Shown here piece after piece: positions 8,179 through 17,605 of a DNA stretch of 64,000 bases (within the stretch, counting starts at the first letter, position 1; every line of letters starts with the position of its first letter). This DNA comes from an uncultured Pseudobdellovibrionaceae bacterium. Lineage in GTDB: Bacteria; Bdellovibrionota; FAC87; UBA2466. The notes below the pieces were generated by a model. That model searched no databases, was not told where the DNA came from, and was given only the letters and a program-made list of their open reading frames with translations. The stretch lies in assembly GCA_964519985.1 (NCBI GenBank), contig CAZFMF010000013.1, positions 7,515-71,514 on the forward strand, in the 5' to 3' direction. Made by a program: the position numbers and the translations under genes.

Positions 8179-10014
8179 ATGGAGTTCCAAGCAAAACGGG
8201 CTTTGGTTTTCGGTTTTTTGTTGTTTTCCGGTTTCGCACATGCGGAGAGTCTCGATGCGTGCGGGCAGGCGCTGGTCGAAAACCACTCGGCCAACGGTCC
8301 GATTTGGCGGCCGGTAGAATTGTCCTATCTCGCGCAAGGCACCTACGACGATCCCTTTGACCGCAACCGGGTGCAGTTTTCCGGGCGGTTCACTTCTCCC
8401 ACCGGCAAGGTGCTCACGATGCCCGGGTACTGGAACGGGCAGAACGTCTGGAAGATCCGTTTCGCTCCTACCGAAGCGGGGACCTGGAAAATCCAAACCC
8501 GCGTGATCGTTTCGACGGACGGGGTCACCTTTACCGTCGGCAACGACCCCGGCCTGGATTCCGATGATGGGACGTTGAATATCGATCCCGCGCCCGCCAA
8601 CGGCCATCCGCTTTATCGTCACGGTGGCTTTTTGAAGGCATCCAAGAATGGGCACCAGCTGACCTACTACAACGGCACGCCCTTTTATTGGCTCGGGGAT
8701 ACCTGGTGGAACTTTCCGTCGCGCGACACCCTTTTTGATACGACCGACCCTTTGAAAGTGAGTTTTAAAAAGCTCGTCGATACGCGGGTGGCGCAGGGCT
8801 ATACCGTCTACCAAGCGCACGGCTTGCAGCAGGCCGTTCCGGGAACGGCAACTCCGGTCAGCGTCTTTTCGGCCGTCGATGCCACCAGCGATTTCGGGAA
8901 GCGATTTGGAATGGGCTATTGGTGTCAGAACGATCAGTACATCCAGTATGCCGCTTCGCCCACGAAGGGTCTCATTGGCTACATCGGTTTCGGAACCGGT
9001 GCGCAAATGGATGCGTACAGCACCGATCAGCTGAAGCGGGTTTTTGCGTACTACTTTGCCCGCTACGGGGCGTACCCAATCTCCTTCTTGCTCACGCAAG
9101 AGTACAATGTCACGCCGATCGCCGGACGCATCGCGAAGTGGGATGAAGTGGGGCAAATGCTCTACGATCTGGATCCTTACAAGCGGGCATTAACCGCGCA
9201 CCCTTCGGTGCCGAGTGGCGATGCTAAGGAATTTTGGAATAAGCCCTGGATGGCGCTGATCCTCGCCCAGGGAGGCCATTTCGTTTATCCGAGTTTGAGC
9301 ACACGGGAGAAGTACTACCAAGATGCCTACGCGACCGGTAAGCCGTTCGTGCAATCGGAACACAACTACGAGGGGTTCCAAAAAAACGACGCGAAGGGCA
9401 CACCCACTTTCCGCGCCGACGCGCAAATGGTGCGTTGGACGGCTATCGCCGCCTACCAATACGGCGCGGCGGGTTTCACTTACGGGGCTCAAGGCCTTTA
9501 CGGTTCCATCGTCGATGCGAGCAAGCCGGGAACGACCGCTAACTGGGGGCCGGTGCTCACTTGGAAACAAGGTCTGGAGAGTCCGTTGGGATTGGAAGCG
9601 AGTGGAAAGCCGGTAAAATCAGCGGGAGCGAACTACCTCACCGTGCTCAAAGGGCTCTACCAATCGCACTACATCAATCGGATGTTACCCGTGAACGAAG
9701 CGTTGATGATTCGGACGCGGCAGACGGCGTTGCTGCGCAATGACGGCGTTTACCTGGTCTACTACAATCCTTGGATTTACGGGCTTACCGCGCCCACGAG
9801 CAACACCAACACTTTGGTTCTGCCCGCGGGCAATACCACCGCGCTCTACGACGCCGAACTGATCGATCCGAGCGATCGCTCGTCGATCGGTCGTGCCTTC
9901 ACGATCTCGGCGACGATAGACAGTAAAGGGCGCCGAGTGCTCGCGATTCCGGCGTCGCGGGATCTGGGCATGAATACGAATGAGGATTTCTTTTTGCGGC
10001 TCACGCCGCGCTAG
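8179..10014 (+). CDS. exported DUF5060/DUF4038-type (GH140-like) putative glycoside hydrolase
   Basis: Signal peptide, WKIRFAPTEAGTWKIQT (DUF5060-like) and GTPFYWLGDTWWNF (DUF4038 hallmark). Assigned from memory of these families, not from a search. Confidence 0.7.
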   Translation: MEFQAKRALVFGFLLFSGFAHAESLDACGQALVENHSANGPIWRPVELSYLAQGTYDDPFDRNRVQFSGRFTSPTGKVLTMPGYWNGQNVWKIRFAPTEAGTWKIQTRVIVSTDGVTFTVGNDPGLDSDDGTLNIDPAPANGHPLYRHGGFLKASKNGHQLTYYNGTPFYWLGDTWWNFPSRDTLFDTTDPLKVSFKKLVDTRVAQGYTVYQAHGLQQAVPGTATPVSVFSAVDATSDFGKRFGMGYWCQNDQYIQYAASPTKGLIGYIGFGTGAQMDAYSTDQLKRVFAYYFARYGAYPISFLLTQEYNVTPIAGRIAKWDEVGQMLYDLDPYKRALTAHPSVPSGDAKEFWNKPWMALILAQGGHFVYPSLSTREKYYQDAYATGKPFVQSEHNYEGFQKNDAKGTPTFRADAQMVRWTAIAAYQYGAAGFTYGAQGLYGSIVDASKPGTTANWGPVLTWKQGLESPLGLEASGKPVKSAGANYLTVLKGLYQSHYINRMLPVNEALMIRTRQTALLRNDGVYLVYYNPWIYGLTAPTSNTNTLVLPAGNTTALYDAELIDPSDRSSIGRAFTISATIDSKGRRVLAIPASRDLGMNTNEDFFLRLTPR

Positions 10015-10826
10015 ACTTTGAACCAATCCAGGTTCAAGCAGCTGAGCTCTTCGGCCGGCGATTCATCGACGATACGGCTGAATTCCCCGATAAACTGCGA
10101 GGTGAGCCGGCGCAATTTTTGCCGGTCTGCTTCACCCGCCGTGAAAGGGCAGGTGAAAGAGATAAAGGGCTCCTTCTGTCTTGGCAGGCATTCCAACGCC
10201 TTGACGCGCCAATTCAGATGGTGGCGCAAAACGTGGGGGGAGTCGGCCGGCACGTGAGTCCGCGCCACTTTCATCACCAAACGTCCGTCCTTCAGTTCGC
10301 AAAGTCCCCGGGAAAGCAGAAAGCGTACCACTTCTCCGACCAGTCGGGGCGATAGATTCAGTTGCGCCCCCACCGCTTCGGGAGATTGGTACTTTTCGAT
10401 CGAGGTGAGTAAGCGGATCGCACTCACATACCACTGCGAATAGAACTCCGACTTGTCTTCTTCCTGAAGAGTGGCCTGCGGTTTTACCCGACTGGAAGGC
10501 CGCTCCCATTTCGATCGCATTGCTTTGAGTTTGCGATCGTAAAACCGGCGCATGGCTTGTGTGCCGGCGCGATCGCGTACGATGCAAGTCAGCAGGTAGT
10601 CCGTCTCTTCCTCGTCCAAGCCAAAACTATCGGCGAGCAGGTACCCTTGTTCGAGGGTGAGGTGTTTGTCGCCGCGAAAAACTTGGCTGATGAACGAAGT
10701 ATGGACATTGATGTGTTCGGCAAGTCGTTTGTACTGCCCACGTCCTTCACTGGGCATCGCTTGAATGCGTTGAGTCACAAACGCTTTGTAACAATCAAAC
10801 TCGAAGATCTTCGGGGAGACATTCAC
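10011..10826 (-). CDS. TIGR02147/DUF4423 family protein (putative HTH regulator)
   Basis: N-terminal FDCYKAFVTQRIQAMPSEGRGQYKRLAEHINVHTSFISQVF pattern typical of this Bdellovibrio/Fibrobacter-expanded family. Confidence 0.7.
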   Translation of the reverse strand: MNVSPKIFEFDCYKAFVTQRIQAMPSEGRGQYKRLAEHINVHTSFISQVFRGDKHLTLEQGYLLADSFGLDEEETDYLLTCIVRDRAGTQAMRRFYDRKLKAMRSKWERPSSRVKPQATLQEEDKSEFYSQWYVSAIRLLTSIEKYQSPEAVGAQLNLSPRLVGEVVRFLLSRGLCELKDGRLVMKVARTHVPADSPHVLRHHLNWRVKALECLPRQKEPFISFTCPFTAGEADRQKLRRLTSQFIGEFSRIVDESPAEELSCLNLDWFKV

Positions 10827-10945
10827 ACGGCTAGTTTACCGCAGGGTAAATAAGATCGTTGTTTTTTAATTTAATAAATCTATCGGCGGAAAGCGCAAAC
10901 GCCGTATGATTTCTATAACAACGATTCTTCACGAGGAGACCGATC

Positions 10946-11389
10946 ATGAAAAATATTTTAGTCGTCGCTTCGGTATTTTTGGTTAGCGCGACTGGGTTAG
11001 CGATTCCAAAGACGTGTCCCGATTTGTCCGGAGACTGGGTGGGAAAGTGTTCGTTCTCTCAACTTGAAATCAATATCAAGCAATCGGGGTGCAGCCAGAT
11101 TTCCATCAACGACGAAGTCTTGGCCGTGGAGGTTTTTTCCAATGAACCTTTTAAAGCGCCTCTAAGCGGTTTCCGAACGACTTACGTCGAATGGCAAGGC
11201 GACGCGCTGACTCTGCATACCGCCGAGTTGAGAAAGGATCCGGCCTCGAAATGGCAAATGACACCGAGGGCCACCATCGCGACGTACCAGCTATGGGCGG
11301 ATGGCACGCTTCGCCGGAACGGTTCGCATAGTAACGCGGTCAGTTCGGGTGGTTCGCATTGTGTACTGAACAAAATCAACATTCCGTAA
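10946..11389 (+). CDS. small exported protein, unknown function
   Basis: GAGGAG Shine-Dalgarno sequence, signal peptide MKNILVVASVFLVSATGLA, four Cys. Confidence 0.6.
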   Translation: MKNILVVASVFLVSATGLAIPKTCPDLSGDWVGKCSFSQLEINIKQSGCSQISINDEVLAVEVFSNEPFKAPLSGFRTTYVEWQGDALTLHTAELRKDPASKWQMTPRATIATYQLWADGTLRRNGSHSNAVSSGGSHCVLNKINIP

Positions 11390-11405
11390 ACTAGACGGGG
11401 GAAAA

Positions 11406-12506
11406 ATGAAAAACACTTGGGGAAAAATCATGGGTAGCGCGGCAATATCGTGTCTCGCGGCGTTCGCCGGCGGGGCGGATGGCGGTGGAGGAGACACCCA
11501 GTCGCTTGTGGCGACGGCATGGTACGCCGCGGTCCGGCCAATCTACTACTGTATCGAGGTCGATCGCGATTTTGGCATCGGTGCAGCGGAAGCGGATCGC
11601 GCTTTTCGCGATGCGGTGAAAACCTGGGACGTCTATTTGAACAACTTTCTGGGCTATCGTGACCACATCAATACCAACTACCAGGCGGCACCTCGCTGCG
11701 GGGGCTGGGAGGATCTTACGATCTATTTAGGGGTAGCGAATCCAAAAGTGGAAGCGGCCGCAAAGCACTACCAAGCGCCGATCGCATTCGCCGAGCGCCT
11801 TTCGTACGACCATACGACGAATTGGGGCAAAGGGTTTATTTGGGTGAAGAAAGGGAAAGAAAGCCTCGGCACATTCGATCGGGTTCCCGATTGGGCCGCG
11901 CCGCACCGTTTGAAGGCCATGTTGCTTCATGAGTTGGGGCACGTGCTCGGTTGCCCACACATTGAAGGTACGGTGATGGATACGGAGTTTGCGAATCTGC
12001 TGATGAATGCCGACGACGACCTCCGGGCGCAACGGCTGGCGCGCATCGACGGAAGAGTGCAGCTTCTACCCAACTTCCGCGGCGTCAACACGTACGAAGG
12101 GCAGTTGGGACCGGACGACAAGCGCGCGGCCGAAAACACCTTTCAGCGCATCTTTGGCCGCAAACCGGTCGGCGAGGTGAAGGCGAAGCTGGAAGTCGGG
12201 GTCAACGAGAGGACGGGGTTCCCCGTCACGTTAACCGCCACCGATGGCAAAGGAACTGAGAGTGTGGTTTTTCAATTCCCGGACTCGGAGATCTTATTTA
12301 ATATCGGGCCCCGCGTCTTCGTCCAGGAGGGCGACTTTGGCCATCGATCCGAGGCTATATATGGACGGATGGCACTTGCGCACTACACGAAAGGCTCTCA
12401 GAACTACACCATCAGCTATGAATTCAATAGCAGTCGGGCGTTTCCAGTGCGTCTGCGCTACTACTGGAATGGCGTGGATCTGACGTTGTTCCGAGTCAAT
12501 CCCTAA
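11406..12506 (+). CDS. putative metzincin-type zinc metalloprotease (exported)
   Basis: HELGHVLGCPH matches HExxHxxGxxH. N-terminal hydrophobic segment. Lies 16 nt after the preceding gene, so probably the same operon. Confidence 0.7.
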   Translation: MKNTWGKIMGSAAISCLAAFAGGADGGGGDTQSLVATAWYAAVRPIYYCIEVDRDFGIGAAEADRAFRDAVKTWDVYLNNFLGYRDHINTNYQAAPRCGGWEDLTIYLGVANPKVEAAAKHYQAPIAFAERLSYDHTTNWGKGFIWVKKGKESLGTFDRVPDWAAPHRLKAMLLHELGHVLGCPHIEGTVMDTEFANLLMNADDDLRAQRLARIDGRVQLLPNFRGVNTYEGQLGPDDKRAAENTFQRIFGRKPVGEVKAKLEVGVNERTGFPVTLTATDGKGTESVVFQFPDSEILFNIGPRVFVQEGDFGHRSEAIYGRMALAHYTKGSQNYTISYEFNSSRAFPVRLRYYWNGVDLTLFRVNP

Positions 12507-12533
12507 CTTTCCGAGTAGAGCTTGACGGGCGAC

Positions 12534-12568
12534 GGGCGGCATCCGACTTTGAAAGTCGTATGCCGCCC
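12534..12568 (+). other. 17-bp-arm hairpin containing the ATG (12560) of the FkbM methyltransferase gene
   Basis: GGGCGGCATCCGACTTT-G-AAAGTCGTATGCCGCCC with one mismatch in the stem and no U-tract. Confidence 0.5.
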
Positions 12569-13447
12569 GAGCTCGTTCAAGAACGCCAACTGCTCCTCGC
12601 TCAACGCGATCGCAACGCCCGACGGCGTGAACGTTTGATCTATTCGGCCGCGCAGCTGGGTAAGTTTATTCCGTTTGGTTGGCGGCGGGCGCTGGCGACT
12701 AGGCATCCTCGCTTTGGCTACTTGCTGGCACGCGAGCGAGAGGTGATCTTCGATCGTTACCTGGGCGAATACCGTGTGCGCATCGATGTGTTGCGCGCGA
12801 TTGAACGCGAGATGTTGAGCAATGCGTACGAGACGCCATTGCGCGAGAGCCTCGCACCGCAGATCCAAAGCGGCGGGGTAGTGCTCGATATCGGCGCCAA
12901 TGTCGGCGCTCTTTCGCTATTTTTTGCGCAGCGGGTGGGACCGTCGGGGCGGGTCATTGCCTTTGAGCCGGGTTTTCCTTTTTTCGAGCGTTTGAAGGGC
13001 AATCTTGCGTTGAATGGGCCACGGCTTGCCCACGTTGAGCCCCACAATCTCGGCCTCGGGGAAAAAGAAGGGCAGCTCTTCTGGCAGGAAGACCCATCGT
13101 TTCCGGGCAATGCGACGCTGACGTTACCGACCGGCACCGCCGTGCCGGTCACCACCCTCGATCTTTTTCAATCCCGGCATCCGATCGATCGCTGCGACTT
13201 CATTAAAATCGATGTTGAGGGCATGGAGCTCGAAGTCTTGCGGGGGGCCGAGGCATTTGTCGCGCGTTTTCGCCCCCTGATTGCGCTGGAAGCGATCATG
13301 GAATTCGAAGCGTCGTGCGGGAAGCCGATTCGCCGCGAAATGGAGGCCTTGCTCAAGCGCTGGGGTTACCGGCTGGAAGATGCCATTACCCGCGTCCCGG
13401 TGGCTTATCCGCATCTGCCGGCGATGGTACTGGCTCGGCCGAATTGA
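12560..13447 (+). CDS. FkbM family methyltransferase
   Basis: VVLDIGANVGALSLFF...VIAFEP...FIKIDVEGMELEVLRG is the classic FkbM (TIGR01444) signature. Confidence 0.8.
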   Translation: MPPELVQERQLLLAQRDRNARRRERLIYSAAQLGKFIPFGWRRALATRHPRFGYLLAREREVIFDRYLGEYRVRIDVLRAIEREMLSNAYETPLRESLAPQIQSGGVVLDIGANVGALSLFFAQRVGPSGRVIAFEPGFPFFERLKGNLALNGPRLAHVEPHNLGLGEKEGQLFWQEDPSFPGNATLTLPTGTAVPVTTLDLFQSRHPIDRCDFIKIDVEGMELEVLRGAEAFVARFRPLIALEAIMEFEASCGKPIRREMEALLKRWGYRLEDAITRVPVAYPHLPAMVLARPN

Positions 13448-14078
13448 GCTGCCAGTAAAGCGATACCGCGAGCACATGGTTGGCGATCACGCCGCCGCCG
13501 TGGCTGACCAACACATTCAGGTAACCGCTTTGCAATCGTAGTCCCTCTCGGAGCGTGAACTCCGGTCCGAAAAAAAAGCGATTCTGATCAAACCCGCGCG
13601 AAACAACGGCATTTCCGTTGAGTGAAAAAAAGGCTTCGTCCCAAAGGACGAGGCCCCACGTGTCGTTGAAGGCGTAAGTGAGGCGGGCGAGTTCGCGCCA
13701 ACGCCAGAGTATGGCGCCGCTGCCGGCGATGAAACGGTTTTCCATTCGGAAACGGAAGGTGAGCGTCCACGCGCCCCACGCGTACTCGGCCAAAGCTTGC
13801 TGCCAGAAACGGTGCTCATCCCGAAAAGTCGGATAGAACGTCGGTGTCCAGGCGTAACCGAGCCAGAGCGAATGGCGCTTCCCGATCTGGTAGCCGACCG
13901 AGGGGCGAACGAGGAGGCGGTCTTGCCCGTAGCTATTCTCGGAAAAGCGATCCTGTAGCTCGAACGCTCCGAGCCAGTTTTCCCCCCAGGAAGTATTGAG
14001 ATGACCGGCAAGCCAGGTTTCAAAATCGGCGCGGGCCGGCCAGGCAACGAGAACGAATAAGAGTGCAGCGCGTTTCAT
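13386..14078 (-). CDS. DUF2490-like outer-membrane beta-barrel protein
   Basis: Start trimmed to MKRAALLFVLVAWPARA. Alternating aromatic beta-strand pattern (WLGYAWTP, FRFRMENRF). The 3' end overlaps the convergent methyltransferase gene by 62 nt. Confidence 0.6.
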   Translation of the reverse strand: MKRAALLFVLVAWPARADFETWLAGHLNTSWGENWLGAFELQDRFSENSYGQDRLLVRPSVGYQIGKRHSLWLGYAWTPTFYPTFRDEHRFWQQALAEYAWGAWTLTFRFRMENRFIAGSGAILWRWRELARLTYAFNDTWGLVLWDEAFFSLNGNAVVSRGFDQNRFFFGPEFTLREGLRLQSGYLNVLVSHGGGVIANHVLAVSLYWQLNSAEPVPSPADADKPPGRG

Positions 14079-15238
14079 TGGGATATTTTGTACCGCGATG
14101 CGATCCGAACGCAAAGCACCCAGAGGGCGAGAATCGCGAGGAAGACGCTTTGGTGGGATTCCAATGCGACGAAAATTGCGTCACCCACCAGATCGCGGGG
14201 ACTCAACCCTAAAAAGACCGCTAGCCCGAGGATTGCGCGGCGTTCATATCGCGTCGCGAAGACCCAGGCGATGGGGATGATGGCCCAGAGAATGGAGTAG
14301 GTGTGTTGCCAAGGCAGGGGAGAGCTCATCAGAGCCCAAAGGACCCATAGCGCGCTCGCAAAAAAGAGCCGGACGGGATCGCGAGCGGCTTCCGCGAGTG
14401 AAAAACGGGGCAGACGCCAAAACGCCCAAAGTCCGAATGGAACGGCGAGCGACAGCGCAATTAAGGATCGGGATTCCCAACCCAGGAAGGTCGAGGCCAA
14501 CGGAAAAAAACCTTGGAGGGTAAAACCCTGGGCGGTCACGAATTGGTACTTTGCCGTGACCCGCATCTGCTCCCACCACTTCAGCCAGAGCCAAGGGTTG
14601 GGAATCAGGACCAGGACCGCGCCGGCCAGCGCGAGCGCTTGAAAGGTGCGCCGATCGCGCCAACGAAAGACGGTAAGACAGACCAGCGAGTGCACTTTGG
14701 CGCAGACCGAAAGCGCGACCGCGAGAGGCGTTAAAAAAGTGCCGCGGCGTCTCGGCACGAGGTAGGCGCTGAGGATCAATCCCATCGTGACGAAAAGACC
14801 GAAGTTGCTATCGCGAAATTCTCCGTCGACAAAACGGGCGGAACCGAGGAAGGCCACGGCCACCCCGGTCCAAAAGGTCCCGCTCGGTGCGCGGGTACGC
14901 AAGAGGCCCCAGAGCAACCAAGGAATCGCGCACGCGATGGCCCAATGCACGAAACAGTACGCCCACCGCGCCACCGAATGAGGCAGCAGGGCGACCCCTC
15001 CGAAGGGCAGGACGGTAATCGGCGCGTACTTGAAGGCGTAGTCGACTTCATCGACGTAAAAAGGGTTTCCCTGCAGTAGCCGCTCACCGGCTTTATAATA
15101 CGCGTTAAAATCCCGGCCTCCGCCGCGTTGTTGGTGGGTGACGGCGCTAAACGCAAAGGCGAGAGCGCAAAAGATCCAAATTCCCCAAATGGCGCGATGC
15201 CAAAGCGGTAACGACTTAGTGATGGCCACCACCGCCAC
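14075..15238 (-). CDS. DUF2029/glycosyltransferase family 87-like polytopic membrane protein
   Basis: Multi-helix protein with FNAYYKAGERLLQGNPFY...YAFKYAPI motif. Start placed at GTG 15238; 15232 or 15229 are also possible. The long N-terminal extension in the track is Arg-rich and overlaps the upstream gene. Confidence 0.65.
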   Translation of the reverse strand: MAVVAITKSLPLWHRAIWGIWIFCALAFAFSAVTHQQRGGGRDFNAYYKAGERLLQGNPFYVDEVDYAFKYAPITVLPFGGVALLPHSVARWAYCFVHWAIACAIPWLLWGLLRTRAPSGTFWTGVAVAFLGSARFVDGEFRDSNFGLFVTMGLILSAYLVPRRRGTFLTPLAVALSVCAKVHSLVCLTVFRWRDRRTFQALALAGAVLVLIPNPWLWLKWWEQMRVTAKYQFVTAQGFTLQGFFPLASTFLGWESRSLIALSLAVPFGLWAFWRLPRFSLAEAARDPVRLFFASALWVLWALMSSPLPWQHTYSILWAIIPIAWVFATRYERRAILGLAVFLGLSPRDLVGDAIFVALESHQSVFLAILALWVLCVRIASRYKISQ

Positions 15239-15569
15239 CCGCGGCGGGTTCCGCCACCGACGTGTCGCCGAGGCGGAGCAATTGTTCCTTCGTCCGCCCA
15301 ATTCGGGAACGCAGCAATTCCTTCTCTTCGCCGAGCGAGGAGGCCGCCATGGGGTCATCCTTTGCGGTCTTGATCTCGAGTTCAAGATCGCCCATGCGTT
15401 TCTGGGCCGCCTCGAGTTGCTTGCGCAGGCGCGGGATATCGGGATGCTCCTGCTTTTTCTCGCAAGCCGTTATGACGGCTAGTCCTATCCATCCCATCAC
15501 GGCCCACCGCAGCAAGCGGCGGTGAAGAAAGTTTGTTTTAGTTGAGCGGGAAGTTAAACTGGTTTCCAT
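15216..15569 (-). CDS. coiled-coil lipoprotein, unknown function
   Basis: Lipobox LAVITAC followed by a charged helical region and a GGGGGHH tail. The start is ambiguous (ATG 15569 or 15497). Confidence 0.5.
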   Translation of the reverse strand: METSLTSRSTKTNFLHRRLLRWAVMGWIGLAVITACEKKQEHPDIPRLRKQLEAAQKRMGDLELEIKTAKDDPMAASSLGEEKELLRSRIGRTKEQLLRLGDTSVAEPAAGGGGGHH

Positions 15570-17373
15570 GCGTTGGTTTGGGGTCCTTCTTGGGTTGGTA
15601 TTATGCCAGTGCGCCAGCCAACATGAAACCCGCGAGTTTGCTCCCTTTTTCAAATCCGATCCGCCGGGCTATTTCAGTACGTCTTATGTGTACGAGCGCG
15701 CCGAGCTTGAAAGCAAAGGTGACCTCAATCAGTGGGAGCGCAAACGGCTCCAGGACCTTTATGAATTAGAACTGCGCCAACTTTCCCGTGATCGCAGCAA
15801 CCGCGTCGCGGCGCTCAACGCGTCGATACAAAAGCTGGCGGAACGGACGCAGGAACTGACCGAACGGGTCGAGTCGGTGAAGCGGGACGTTTCGGCCCGC
15901 AACTCCCGCCAGCCGGCGGAAAATGCTCCGGTCTTCGTCGACCCGGAGTTTAAGAAGGAATACTTTCAGGCCTATCGTTTGTGGAATCGCGACGAGAACG
16001 ACGAGGCCTTGGTGATGGCGCTGCAGCTTTCCAAACACGCGCGCTTTGAAGACCTCACCGAGAAGGAGCGTTTTAAAGCGCTGAACTTGCAGTTTCGCAT
16101 TGCGCTCGATCTCCAAAATCTCGATGTGGCGGCGGCGGCCTACGGGGCGATGCGGGATCTCGACCACTGCGCGCAAGAAACCGCCGACGCCGGATTTCTG
16201 ATCGCTCTGACCTATCTCGGCGCCGGCGATCCGAAAAAGGGAAGGGCGGTTTTTGAAGAACAGTGCGACCCCGATGAGACGCCGCCCAATAAAGTGAAAC
16301 GGCGGTACTGGTCGGCGCGCTTTCGGGAGGCCGCGGGGGAGTCGGCGCCGGAAGAGTATGAGTTGATCGTGGACTCGAATGTGCCGGGCTACTATTTTTT
16401 TCTCGCCCACGCTCGTTTGAATCGACCGCTCCAGTTTGCCTCGCTGGACGCCTGCACCTACCGCAAACGCGGTTTCAAGACCGCGGCGTCGGTGGCGGGC
16501 TGGTTGAATGAGGCCGAGCTTTTGCTGAAGTACCGATTGCGCAATGACGCCGCCACCTATTTGCAGCGCGCCGTCCAGGCCCTGAAGGATTCCGCCGGAC
16601 CGGATGATATTCCCACGTTACTCTACATCGCCCATCTTTTTCAGGCCGCCGGCGTGCAGCTGGAGGCGTTAAAGGTATACGCGATTGTCACCGAGATCGG
16701 CCAGGGAATGGAAACTCCGTTCACTTTTGATTTCATCAACGAGATGTTCCCCACCCCCCACCGCGAAACGGTGGCGCGAGTCGCGGATGAGTGGAAAGTG
16801 GATCCGGATTTCATTTACGCGATTATGCGTCAAGAGAGTGCCTTCAATCCGGGCGCGGTCTCGCCGGCGAATGCGCGCGGATTGATGCAACTCATGCCGT
16901 TCTTGGCCGGGCAGATTTCCAAGGCGTGGCACTACGACAGCTACTTCTCGAAGAAAACGCTTTTTTTCGCGCGCGAGAATTTGAAGTTTGCGACATTCCA
17001 TCTGCAGCAGTTGCAAACCCAGCTGCCCCACCCGGCTTTGATCGCGGCATCGTACAATGCGGGCGCCAAACGGGCGTCGAGTTGGTGGAAACGCACTCCG
17101 GGATTGCCGCTCGATGTTTTTGTGGAGCTCATTCCGATCGTGGAAACCCGCAACTACGTGAAGCTCGTCTTGCGAAACTACGTCTTCTACAAACTCATTC
17201 GGGGGCAGGGTAAGATCGATTCGAAGGTCGTTCCGCTGCGACTGCCGGACCCCACCGGTATTCAGACCGGGTTTAAACAGTTGCCTACCGGCGGCGCAGC
17301 TGACTGTGATGACCGCAAATCCCTCGCCTGTCCGTTTGGTGCGGGCGCAGAATACGTTGCCTCCTTTCGGTAG
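15568..17373 (+). CDS. soluble lytic murein transglycosylase (SLT domain) protein
   Basis: IYAIMRQESAFNPGAVSPANARGLMQLMP...AASYNAG catalytic SLT motif. N-terminal signal/lipoprotein-like MRWFGVLLGLVLCQC. Confidence 0.85.
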   Translation: MRWFGVLLGLVLCQCASQHETREFAPFFKSDPPGYFSTSYVYERAELESKGDLNQWERKRLQDLYELELRQLSRDRSNRVAALNASIQKLAERTQELTERVESVKRDVSARNSRQPAENAPVFVDPEFKKEYFQAYRLWNRDENDEALVMALQLSKHARFEDLTEKERFKALNLQFRIALDLQNLDVAAAAYGAMRDLDHCAQETADAGFLIALTYLGAGDPKKGRAVFEEQCDPDETPPNKVKRRYWSARFREAAGESAPEEYELIVDSNVPGYYFFLAHARLNRPLQFASLDACTYRKRGFKTAASVAGWLNEAELLLKYRLRNDAATYLQRAVQALKDSAGPDDIPTLLYIAHLFQAAGVQLEALKVYAIVTEIGQGMETPFTFDFINEMFPTPHRETVARVADEWKVDPDFIYAIMRQESAFNPGAVSPANARGLMQLMPFLAGQISKAWHYDSYFSKKTLFFARENLKFATFHLQQLQTQLPHPALIAASYNAGAKRASSWWKRTPGLPLDVFVELIPIVETRNYVKLVLRNYVFYKLIRGQGKIDSKVVPLRLPDPTGIQTGFKQLPTGGAADCDDRKSLACPFGAGAEYVASFR

Positions 17374-17410
17374 CTGAAACCATCACTTGAACGGGTGTGC
17401 ACTGACGGAG

Positions 17411-17445
17411 GACGGAATACGTCCTTCGGGGTGACGTAATACGTC
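17411..17445. promoter_or_regulatory. two related palindromic 13-mers (GACGGAATACGTC / GACGTAATACGTC) 22 bp apart; candidate enhancer (bEBP) sites
   Basis: Sites at 17411-17423 and 17433-17445, enclosed by a longer imperfect inverted repeat (17390-17399 / 17449-17459). They lie about 85-120 bp upstream of the sigma-54 promoter at 17530. Confidence 0.4.
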
Positions 17446-17529
17446 GTTCACACCCCGTTTGCTGACCGGTCGTTTGACGACCGCCGCGGATTTTCCACGC
17501 TTTTTCAGCCTTTCCGCATCGAGTGTTCT

Positions 17530-17546
17530 TGGCACCGCCCTTGCTC
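17530..17546 (+). promoter_or_regulatory. sigma-54 (-24/-12) promoter, TGGCAC-N5-TTGCTC
   Basis: TTCTTGGCACCGCCCTTGCTCAA, intergenic, about 60 nt upstream of the S8 protease ATG at 17606. Confidence 0.7.
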
Positions 17547-17605
17547 AATTAGGCGAGACTGGCTGCCCGTCGGGGCGGTTCACCGTGGGTGTTGGGAGTA
17601 CGCGG

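Noticed and set aside
8140-9156. Long antisense ORFs opposite real genes, for example 8140..9156(-), 30058..31374(+), 47984..48856(+), 60215..61420(+), 33870..34898(+), 21343..22104(-).
   Set aside because: Their products are Arg/Gly/Pro-rich and low in complexity, with no motifs, and each lies fully inside a well-supported gene on the other strand. This is the typical shadow-ORF pattern of GC-rich DNA.
15566-15571. Divergent gene pairs whose annotated ATGs overlap in a CATG (15568/15569 and 60669/60670).
   Set aside because: Both cases depend on uncertain start choices, since alternative downstream starts exist for the 15216 lipoprotein gene and the 60669 gene. CATG overlap leaves no promoter space, so this is more likely a start-calling artefact than biology.
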